From assembly GCA_009602735.1 (NCBI GenBank), contig WELA01003449.1:273597-301487 (forward strand): a DNA stretch of 27,891 bases. Reading direction: 5' to 3'. The notes under the pieces are model-generated. The model was given only the letters and a program-made list of their open reading frames with translations. It ran no database searches and had not been told where the DNA came from. The translations under genes were made by a program, and so were the position numbers. Positions 12,701-21,486 of this stretch are shown piece by piece; position 1 is the first letter of the stretch, and the number at the start of each line of letters is the position of its first letter. Source of the stretch: Mesotaenium endlicherianum (lineage: Eukaryota).

Positions 12701-15700
12701 ACATCGTCAGGGGGCCCAGCAGCTCCCCCAGCCGGTGGTCCCCCGCGCTCTCGCTCCCGCTCCCGCTCTCGTTCTCGTTCTCATTCTCGTTGTGCGCCAG
12801 AAAGGCCTCCCGCAGCTCCGCGGGAATAGAAAACTCCGGCAGAGTCTGCAGGCTCGCCGCCCGGAGCGCCTGCAGTACCGACTGGGGGGGCTTGCGCGGC
12901 GGCACCCCCGGGACGAGTCTCACGGGCCGTCCCTGGGCCTCCGCAGCGGGGAGCACTTTCGGCGGCGCGTACGCGCTGACGGGCTGGATCTCCCGGACGG
13001 CCCCGTCCTCGACAAAGACCTCGAAGTCGCGGACGAGCCTGACGCCGCCGCCAAAGTCGAACACGAGGGCGTTGCGGAGGAGCCCCACGGACGAAGGGAT
13101 GATGCGCATCAGGCCCGTCAGCGCGCCGCCGGGCGGCAGCGGCAGCGGCTCGTCGGGGTCCACGCACTCGCCGCCGCTCCACTTCCCGATCTCGTTCCAC
13201 CTCAGCGAGACCTCCGGCATGGCCCGCACGGGCCTGCACGACCGCAGCTCGGCGGCGGCGGCGCCCCCCTCGTTGCTCACCGTGAACGTCTCAACGCACG
13301 TCGCGTTGATGTCGACCACGCGGGGCTTCCCCTGGACCGCGGGCAGCAGGGTGCTGATGGCCAGCTGGCACTTCAGGGCCTCGCTCTCCTTCGCCTGCAG
13401 CGACAGCGGCGGCGCCGGGGCCTCCCCCGCGCTCCTCAAATTCCCTTGCTCTGCTGCCACCCGGGGGCTGCTGCTCTCTTCCCTCGGCCGTCTCCCAGTG
13501 TACCCCTTGCCTTCTCTATCCAGAGGCGCCTGCATGCCCAAAGGCCCCCTCCTCGGTGCCTCCACTGCCGCCCTCCCCTCAGAAGAGCCCCTGGGCGCGC
13601 TCGCTCTCCCCTTCTCCCCGCCACCTGCCTCTGCCAACGCAGCGCGCGTGGTGTCGCCACGGCTCCTGCCTGCGATTCTTGCGCTAGCGCCCTGCTCCTC
13701 CTCCCGCAGCCTCTCCACACAGTCCGCCTGGGCCTTAGCGGCGTGCCTGATGGTCGCCATGTGGCTCGTGAAGGCCTCCTGCGAGTCCGCCGCGTAGCCA
13801 CAGGTGGCGCACTGCCAGCGGGGGGAACGCGTGCCGATGCCTCCCGGGCCAGCCACGTGGCCCGCGCCGCTCGTGCCGGCGCCGCCCGTCTGCCGGGGCG
13901 CGGCNNNNNNNNNNNNNNNNNNNNNNNNNNNNNNNNNNNNNNNNNNNNNNNNNNNNNNNNNNNNNNNNNNNNNNNNNNNNNNNNNNNNNNNNNNNNNNNN
14001 NNNNNNNNNNNNNNNNNNNNNNNNNNNNNNNNNNNNNNNNNNNNNNNNNNNNNNNNNNNCGCCCGTCTGCCGGGGCGCGGCGGCCGCCGGCGCGGAGAGG
14101 GGCCGTGCCTGGCCCACGCCAAGGCCGGAGCCGGAGCCGCCGGCCTCCTCCCGCTCCCGCAGCTTCACGCGGCAGTTGTGCTTGATGCCCCCGAGGTGCT
14201 GCTGGAGCTTCTGGGAGGTGAGGAACGAGACGTTGCACACGTCGCAGTACCTGTCAGCCGCGCTGCTCAGGAGCTCCTTCACGTCCTCCATGCCTGCAAA
14301 GAGAAGGGGCGCCTGCTCCTCCGCAGCAGCAGGCTGCGCGGGCTGCGGCACAGAGGCGGGCTCGTCCCCCAGGGGCAGCCCGGCGCCCCTGGCTGCCCCA
14401 GCTCCCCCAACACTCCCAGCGAGCGCAAGCTCCTCCTCTTGATCAACGACATCGAGGGGGTACGTCGCAAAGATCTTGGCCGCGGGCGACCAGTCGAACC
14501 TGTCCCTGCTGCAAGTGACGAGGACGCGGCTCTTAAAGAGGAGGTAGCGCAGGGTGCTGAACGACGTGCCAGGGCAGGAGGCGCCGCGGGGGCTCGCCTT
14601 GAAGGCGCGGAAGGCGTCGCGGAGCTTCTCCATGGTGGTGGGCCAGCGGTTGCGGCGCGCCAGGAAGGCGAGGAACGCGCCCACCCGGAAGCGGTGCTGC
14701 CCCGTGAGGCCCGCTTCGCGGAGGTGCTGCTCCTGGCCTGTTGAGAGGGGAGGGGAGGGGACGAGGGAGGGGAACGAGGGGAGGGTGCCACGTGGCACCG
14801 ATTCAGAAGGTGACACAAGGTGCCCTGGAGGCCCCTGCTGGGAGAAGGAAACAGCCGCACCCACACCCGCACCTGCACCCGCACCAGCACAGGCACTGGC
14901 ACAGGCACCGGCCACAACCAGCACCGGCACCAGCATGCAGCCAATAACTTTCTGCTTGCTCGCTCGCTCGCTTGCTTCCCAGAGGTCCAATGAGCACATA
15001 TCTATGCAATAAGGTCGAAGTGCTGGCCTGAGGACAAGAAGAACGTGGAGGCGAGGAGCTTCAGCATCAGCCGAGCCTGACAGCTGGCACACCCTACAGG
15101 TTGACGGTGAGGAAGGAACCTGCGAAGGGGTGAGGCGCGGCGGACCTTTGAACCCCGAGAACCGATAATTGGATCATTTTTCTTTCTCTTACCCCAAAGA
15201 ACCAAGTTTTGACACACACTAGCCACAATGACAGACAGCCAGGTGTCTTTTCAGCAGCTGCATCAGTAGGCAGAAGCTGGCGGGGCAGGATCGCGAAGAA
15301 GGACAGAGCAACTCACTCATCTGGCTGGCGGGGGCAGCGAGAGGGTGACTGTGCTCAAATCCGCGAGCGACATCTGGCGCGGCGACGGAGGGCCCCGCGT
15401 CCTCCGCCAGCTCGCCGTCACACATCTCAACGTCCACAAAGTCTTCGGCCCACTCTCTCCCTCCATGCACAAAGTCAGTGGGGCAATCGCGGAACAGGCC
15501 TATGGCAGGGTGCCAGCTCACGACGCTGCGCTGCTGAGTCACCAGGCCCAGGTTCCTCAGGACAGACATCATTTTGGGGGGGTGCATCTGCTGCAGCCGA
15601 GCTTCCGCGGAGAAGCTGCTGCTGTCGAACTCCTCGCACATGGCTGTGAACTCGAGCCAGGTGGCGGGCCACGACTCGCCACGCCCGACGTACGCCAAGA

Positions 15701-15763
15701 AGTCTGCGGCGGGCGCTGCTAGCGCCCCCCTGAGCCCAAAGGCGTACATATAGCTCTCCTTCG
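5951..15763 (-). CDS. MOV10: MOV10/SDE3/Armitage-family SF1B (UPF1-like) RNA helicase, multi-exon; incomplete because of assembly gaps; may be the 3' part of a larger gene starting at 20807
   Basis: Exons with AG/GT boundaries, phase-consistent wherever neighbours are contiguous: 15317-15763, 12645-14737, 12083-12256, 11353-11596, 10581-10714 (cut by N at 10580), 9431-9722, 8564-9069, [exons missing, probably in gap 7423-8015], 5951-6223. Family motifs: NYKQRFHTLLYAEEIQME-VDIRSYDM, LRVPGAVEKRPALVVGD, YEGFIHSV, NEEQIDAV, LLVCAPSNLAAD (Ia), FTHIFVDEAGQATEPE (II), LVLAGDDQQLGPVV (III), KLVRNYRSHPAIL, FPILFHGVVGLDEREGSSPSYFN, DEYWAIFLQYCVSHG. Confidence 0.93.
6255..6340. repeat. (GGA/GAA)n purine-rich microsatellite, intronic
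   Basis: Seen directly in the sequence. Confidence 0.85.
7345..7422. repeat. (GA)n microsatellite
   Basis: Near-perfect GA run leading into the gap. Confidence 0.95.
7423..8015. other. Assembly gap (593 N), probably hiding the helicase motif IV-VI exons
   Basis: N run flanked by (GA)n and (CCA)n-like repeats; GVITPY, SVEEFQG and RFNVAxTRA motifs are not found elsewhere between 6224 and 8563. Confidence 0.9.
8564..9069 (-). CDS. Helicase core exon (DEAG box, motif III, start of RecA2)
   Basis: Acceptor tctgcag|GC, donor GAG|gtaagt; very high GC3; encodes DEAGQ, GDDQQLGP, NYRSHP, EREGSSPSYFN. Confidence 0.95.
9295..9425. repeat. (GGCA)n/(GGGA)n degenerate tetranucleotide repeat, intronic
   Basis: Seen directly in the sequence. 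Confidence 0.8.
9785..9805. other. Assembly gap within a poly-C run
   Basis: 21 N flanked by C homopolymer on both sides. Confidence 0.95.
10218..10410. repeat. Degenerate (GGTGCT)n hexanucleotide repeat
   Basis: Repeated ggtgct/ggtgcc/agtgct units. Confidence 0.85.
10474..10579 (+). CDS. Isolated exon fragment resembling an ABCA-family ABC transporter (extracellular loop leading into the last helix of TMD1)
   Basis: G-run, then acceptor ggtgcag|GA; nearly all codons end in G/C; translation GVDLLGQYEGAEQGLTWAHLADDDFSLGRILLLLL resembles the ABCA motif (as in ABCA3 G..LIG.FE..G.G.QW..L...DDDF.FG.VL.MLL); cut by N at 10580. Confidence 0.7.
10760..10900. repeat. (CA)n/(CACG)n degenerate microsatellite, intronic
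   Basis: Seen directly in the sequence. Confidence 0.85.
11650..11830. repeat. Intronic minisatellite, about 3.5 copies of a ~52-55 nt unit
   Basis: Recurring core ctcctccaggctctcagacact...ctcacgatcacgacag.cggtc. Confidence 0.85.
12645..14737 (-). CDS. Large helicase exon: MOV10-N-like domain copy 2, two matrin/U1-type C2H2 zinc fingers, Ig-like domain and start of the helical domain
   Basis: Acceptor ctcaacag|GC, donor ATG GAG|gtgggg. ZnF1 YCDVCNVSFLTSQKLQQHLGGIKH (14178-14249); ZnF2 WQCATCGYAADSQEAFTSHMATIRH (13743-13817); Ig-like ETFTVSNEG...LPLPPGG...SVGLLRNALVFDF; ends LLYAEEIQME. Spans the N gap 13905-14059 in frame. Confidence 0.88.
13905..14059. other. Assembly gap within a coding exon, flanked by an identical 22-nt sequence
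   Basis: cgcccgtctgccggggcgcggc occurs at 13883-13904 and again at 14060-14081. Confidence 0.9.
15317..15763 (-). CDS. Exon encoding MOV10-N-like domain copy 1 (symmetric phase 1-1 exon, 447 nt)
   Basis: Acceptor gcgtgagcag|CG, donor ATG A|gtgagt. Translation KESYMYAFGLRG...FLAYVGRGESWPATW...LVTQQRSVVSWHPAIGLFRDCPTDFV aligns by eye with the start of the next exon. Confidence 0.75.
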
Positions 15764-16507
15764 CTGCTCACGCAGACAGCGGCAGGGGGCACGGGCACGG
15801 GCAGGGGCAGGGGCAGGGGCAGGAGCAGGGGCATAGCAGATCAGTACTGTGTCGACACAGAGAGCTGGTGCGAGAGGACGACCAGTCGGGCAAGCAATGG
15901 CTCGTCTTAAGCTCCCTCCGAGAAGCAACGCGCGCACGCTGGCGGTTTGCCGGGAGACGAGCCGAGCTCCGCTCAAGCCCTCACACTAAGACATCACCAA
16001 GGTGTTTCGTCGATCGACCAGAAGCTCACGCCGTGCTGTGCTTCCCACTTGGCGTCGCTACCCGCCTTACTCCAGAAAAACATACCCCTCGCTACCTACG
16101 CACGGGCCTGGCCCTTCACCCCGCGTCCTCCATGGCTTCTGAGAGCGAGATCCGCTCGTCGACTGCCTGCCACTGGATTCACCAGCGCATCAGCGCGTCA
16201 GTCACGCCCTTGACCCCGCGTCTCCCGACAGCTCCGAGTGCCGAGCCTCTCGACAACTGCCTGCTGCACGAGCACAGGCAGAGACTTTTCAGCACTTCCC
16301 CCAAAGAAAGCCAGCACGATAGATGCAAGCCGAGCAACAGATACACCACCGTGGCCTTGAACCAGTATGAGGCAAGAAGAGGCCCACAGCCGTCGGGCTG
16401 ATGGCAAGAAGAGAAGCGGGAGGAACGGCCGCCCGATGCTGACCACGCGTTGCTGGCCATGCTCGCTGAGCTGGCCAATCTTGCTGAGCTGGCTGTTCAG
16501 AACTTAC

Positions 16508-19500
16508 TCCTGTCATCGTAGGGCGTTGCGTGCAGGAGTGCGATGAGATCCTCCTGAGAGAGGCCGTCGTCGCCGGAGAAGCCACGGGGCGGTGCGGGCC
16601 CGGGGCGACCTCGAGGGGGGCCCAGTCGCTCCAGCGCCGTTCTCTTGACTGCTGCTGCTGCTGCTGCTGCTGCATCGGCAGGCGCAGGCGCAGGCGCAGG
16701 CCTCGTGGGCAAGAAGTCAGGGTTCACGTGGGGGGACGGATACGGGTAAGAAGGGCCCAAGCCAGCACCGAGCTGGCGCTCTTGCTCTTGGCGCTGCTGG
16801 TGTGGGTGCCGGTGCTCGTGCTGCTCACGGCCGGCAAGAGAAAGAAGCTGCTGCTCCTCACCCTGCTGCTGATGCTCCTGCTGCTGCTGCTGCTGGTGCC
16901 GCAGCAACTGGGAGCGCAGAAAGCGTGGGAGACCTTCCATCTGCTCCTCCTGCAGGTGTTGCTGCTGCTGCTGCTCCCGCTCCTGCTGCAGCAGCTGCTG
17001 GCGCTGCTGCTGCTGCAGCAGGTGCTCCACCCCGCTGCTGTGGCGCCCTGCTGGCCCCTGCTCGGGGGCTTCTCGCGATGCGCCCTTCCTCTTGAGACTG
17101 CTGCCTGGGGGCTTCGTCTTTGGTGCATCCACGCCGCCCTTCATCACCTCCGGCGCGACGTACCTGACGACCATTCGCTTCGGAGCCGAGGGGGGCCACT
17201 TCCTTCCATGCAGTGCCACCCTCGTCGCGGCTGCTTCTTCCCGGGTCGCATACTGCGGTGTGGAGGGACGCAGACGCACGCCCATGGACGGCCACAGCCA
17301 TGCACACGTCAGCGAGGGGTTTGGAGTCAGGTCGCAGGTTTAGAGGGAATATTTTTTTCCCGGGGAATGCTTCTTGGACAGGGCAGCTCGCCTGTCAAAG
17401 GCAAGCTGTGAAAGCAGACACAATCTTACACAGGAAAGACATGGGGAGGCCTGTGCCTTTCGAGGGACGTGTTTTCACACAACCACGGCCATATACAGTA
17501 GCTGTGCTGTTACCATCAGCCAGCACTACGAGCGACCACTACTGAGGGGCTACGAGGGGCCCCTGAAGCCTGAAAGGGCTAAAAAGGGGCCCCTAAAGCC
17601 TAACCCTCATTCAACCCCTAACCCTGAACCCTTAAACCTCTTGATTTATAAGCATTGTTGGTGAGAGTCACTTGGCACAATACCATGAAGTTGCGATGTT
17701 TGCTCAAGTTGGATCAGCAAGACTTTCTGAGAAACTAAAAATCCGACTATCAGTGGGGATCGAATCCCATCACAAACACTAGCCTTCCCAAGCTTCACTC
17801 TTACCACGTGGGACATTACGATTCGACTCATCCCAGTCCTTGCAACGCCCCCTTTGAAACCAACATGCGCCACTGCCTCACTCAGCAGCTGACAAGATTG
17901 TGACAGCGGGGGCAAGAGACAGCAGGCTAAGGGACAGCAGGGTGAGAGACAGCAGGGTAAGGGACAGCAGGAGAAGGGACAGCGGGAGGCTGGCGAGCAG
18001 AGAGGCACTCACAGAAACATAACAGAACTCCATGGACACGCGCTCGACCCAAAGCTTTGTGACGGCCCCCGTCTGGCTCAGCATCCTCCGCAGCTGGAGC
18101 TCCTCGAAAGGCCCCCCCAAGTTCTCAACTTTCAGCACTGGCGGCTTCTGGCCTGCAAGAAAGAACGCCGGCAGGACCCTCATCCCGCCATCGGCAGAAT
18201 CAAGTGCAGACCCGGCAGCAGCCATGACTCTCTCTGCACGAGCCGAACAACGTCAACCCTATTGGCACGAACGAGACAGAAGAATGACGCTGCCGAGGAA
18301 TAAGCTTCTGCTCTCCCGTGTTCCATAGCACAAGCCGTGCCCTGCTCTAGCCATGGTCATGCTGCTGGCAAGAGTCATGCACGCAGCCGAGCAGCTCGTG
18401 AGGCTCTTGTCATCGCCCAATCAAGGGATTGAAGATGCACCGCTGGGGTAGCAAGGAGGAGCAACGAGAGCTTCGACGCACGTCGACCTACAGACGAAGA
18501 GAAGCTCCTCTCGCCTGCCTCTTGGGCACCGCAAGCTTGAGCATGTGGTAGATGGGCAGCCTTGTGTGACGATCAACAGGCAGCTCCGTGCTGTGATGGA
18601 TGGGCAGGAATGTGCCCTGGTATGTCGATCATTGACTTGGTACATAGTGACGGACATGAGTCAACTACACTCAAGCCCTGTAAGTCGTAAGTTGCCAGTA
18701 GTGACAGTGGCACCCCCTGCTCGTCCACACAGTAAAGCTACAGAACGACGAGCACGAGCACGAGCACGAGCACAAGCAGCACCGTTGACGAGCATACAAT
18801 ACGAGCACAGACTTCGCCCCTCACCTAGCTGAGACGTCTGGTGGCCCTTTGAGGTGTCGACTCCGGAAGAGCGCAACCCCTCCCCTCTGCCGGCACCTAG
18901 CAAGCTGTCCTGCAGCCCGGCGGCTGCCTGGCCAGCCCTGAGAGTACCAAGCTCACGGAAGCCATGGCCAGTCGGGCTCCTGCGGACCGCGCTCGAGCTG
19001 ACTGGGGTCCTGGTGCCTCCGGAAAGAGGAGGGACCGACAGATCAGAGCTGCCATCGTCTTCAATGATGTGCTTCAGGCTCACCACTCGCTTCCTTGCGC
19101 CTGCACGGCTCTCCAGCAGCTTAGGTGGTGCAGTCGCAGCCATGCCACCCCCGGCGTCTTCGCCTGCGAACCCGCCAGCTGGAGAGCTCCTGAACCCGTT
19201 TGCTGGCGTGCTGCTGGGCCTCACCTGTGCGGCCGCAGGAAGGCCGCCATTCTGCACGCCCGCCCCGGGGCTGGCAGGCAAGCCCTCCTCCTGCTGGGTG
19301 ATGCTGCGCTGCCGCTTTGGAGCGTCCTCGATCTCCGCTGAGAGAGCAGCAGTTTCACCGCGCAAGAATTTTCACCACATGAGGGGGGCAACAGAAGCCT
19401 GAGCTCAAGGACAGTGAAGGCACCGTTGACTAGCGCTAACTACGGTTGACTTGCACAGGAGGGCTCAAGCATGTGACGCTGCAGACAAGGAGCTATGCAC

Positions 19501-20807
19501 ACATAGTGCAACTGACGAACTTGATAAGCAACTTCAGGAACCTACTTGCACCAAGGGCTTGGAACTTTCATGCATGCCTGAAGTCGGGTCAATTGTGAAT
19601 GAATGCATGTCACTCAGCTGAAGCTATTGTTTCTAGCTGACATGCTCTCGACGATGTGAAACACTGACCCGTGTGAGGCGACAATATTGTCACGCAAAGA
19701 CATGCACGCGCTTCTGGTCGGGCTTCTGCTTCACGGGATCCCTCTCACTCGCAGTTCATACAACTACACTATAAAGTGCATGGCATTCTTGCCACTGAGA
19801 CTTACTTTTGACAGTGAAGTGAGGTCTAAGCCGCTTGACACCTGCAGCCAGCGCGAGATGCTCGTCACGTTTCTCTGGCCCAGTCCCGGCTTCAAGACCG
19901 GCCATTGGTCCAGAGGCAAGGTCTGCATCTCTTCCCGTGCCTTCTCCAAAATCTGTTACTTTGTCGTCACCCTTCACTGCTTCTACTACCTCTCTTCTTT
20001 CAAGAGCTGCAATACCGTCTCTCCTTGATAAAGCTCCTTCAGGGTCCTGAGTACATATATGCAACATGACGACACGTCCCTTGGATGGTGTCATTGAAAG
20101 AAGTCCAGGAAATAAAAGCAAGACACTTGTTACAACTAGCTGCTTCGTAGGAACTGAAGATGGACAGCAATCCCAATTCAGCTGTTCCAAATTTATCATC
20201 ATGGAAGCTCCTCTCGGTGCTGAGAACTACATCAATACGTGTTGCATTATATCTACCATGCCGCTTCAAGAACAAAGTGGCAACTACCACTAGCTTCTGA
20301 CACTTCATGCAGCCCCAGCACACAAGCCTCACAGTAGCTACACACGCAAATTTCAAAGCCCCGCGTGTTCTCTCTGGTCAGTTTGTTCTACAGAACACAG
20401 CCAGGTTCCATTGCTGTTGTAGATCCTTAGATCGTTCTCTCTGGTCCACAGAAGAACCAAGATGCATTGCCGAGCAGGAGAGCACGGATGATGACCAAAG
20501 CCCTGCTGCTCGCCATGAACTGTCGTTCACGTCCTGCTCACATCTACGGCCTACTCCGACTTCCACTCTTTGAAGACTAGAAGACAGCTGTTGCCTCTGA
20601 TAGACTTATAAGAGAACACATGATCACTAATCAAGTTTGCTAGAGATTGTATGAGTAGCTCACCATGCTTTCTCCATCTAAAGTGTGTGCAGAACCGTCA
20701 CGTTGCTGGCCCTCCTGGTCTTGCTTGGCCTTCTTCTTTCGGAAATTCTTTAGCATGTCCCTTAAGTTCTGGTGTATGCCAGCGACCTCCTTCGATGAAT
20801 TGTCCAT
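16508..20807 (-). CDS. Acinus-type RRM protein region with low-complexity N-terminus and polyQ tract (5 exons); either a standalone gene (stop at 16497 if the donor is read through) or the 5' part of the MOV10-like gene
   Basis: Phase-consistent exons: 20664-20807 (ATG, MDNSSKEV...), 19806-20046, 18825-19337, 18013-18152, 16508-17252. The RRM is split by an intron: VLKVENLGGPFEELQLRRMLSQTGAVTKLWVERVSMEFCYVS|YATREEAAATRVALHGRKWPPSAPKRMVVRYV, matching the Acinus RRM signature (Y.T.EEA.ATR.ALHG.KWP). Confidence 0.8.
16648..17020 (-). repeat. Coding (CAG)n/(GCA)n tracts: polyQ and polyAla region
   Basis: Translation QQQQRQQLLQQEREQQQQQH...HQQQQQQEHQQQ and DAAAAAAAAV. Confidence 0.85.
17590..17640 (+). 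repeat. Degenerate interstitial telomere-like tract (CCCTAA/CCCTAAA)
   Basis: ccctaaagcctaaccctcattcaacccctaaccctgaacccttaaacc. Confidence 0.65.
17915..17990. repeat. Intronic 15-nt-period tandem repeat (gggacagcagg core)
   Basis: About five copies of gacagcagg spaced 15 nt apart. Confidence 0.75.
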
Positions 20808-21486
20808 CTTGTAGGACCTCCAGCAAGATGAGGGAAAATTAAAAAGATTGACACTAACAACAGACGCTCACAGCCCGCCACACCATAATCCGGCCTAAGC
20901 CTCGAGCTGGTCAATTTTGGCCATAAGGTGTGAGCGTTCCTTCACAAGCAAGTTGATAACAGCATATAACTGCAAATAACAGCAGATACCAGCTTCAATT
21001 TGACTTGTTGGCTTGACTGTGTTGACGTCCGCTTGAGTTTTGTGATAGGTTCAAATGGTTCCTACTAATAGTCTGAAGTTTGAACTTTTGAATCATGGGT
21101 GCGTGAGGAAGTGGACTTTTGGAGCACTAGCGTGGACGCTGTACTTGAGGAGCATCAAACGTGGTCAAACATTGACTGCTCCTTGTACGGCGTCGTCTTC
21201 CCTTGTACTGCCTTTTAGTACCTTGTATTAGAATCACGGTCATCGATGGTCATTGATGGTTGTCATTATTCCGATGTTAATATGAACATGGATGGTACCA
21301 TGGCTCAATGCGCAGTGCGCACAGGTAGAACAGTGCAGTCCGACGCCATCACATCTTCATAAGGATCCAAGTTCACTTGTTATTCGAGCTTCCTACTCAA
21401 TTGTAGCAAGTTGGTTTTGGCCAGAAACCTAGTGTCATAGATATCGGTTCTGCAAGAGAAAGAGGAGGGTACCCGCATCTGCATAC
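20808..21486. promoter_or_regulatory. Probable bidirectional promoter and 5' UTRs between the divergent RRM/MOV10 unit and SDE2
   Basis: 679 nt between divergent ATGs (20807 minus, 21487 plus); lower GC than the flanking internal exons; no long ORF. Confidence 0.55.

Noticed and set aside
12447..14744. 765-aa plus-strand ORF and other long overlapping ORFs (8123-9178, 8886-9860, 16530-17411)
   Set aside because: Antisense shadows of high-GC3 coding exons, or read-through of microsatellites.
15093..15119. Possible 27-nt poison microexon (cgcag|...TAG G|gtgtgc) between the two MOV10-N exons
   Set aside because: Only the splice dinucleotides support it; such matches are common by chance.
16179..16400. 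Candidate exon for the Acinus RSB motif
   Set aside because: None of the three minus-strand frames gives a convincing LFRKTK..P.IY.LPL match.
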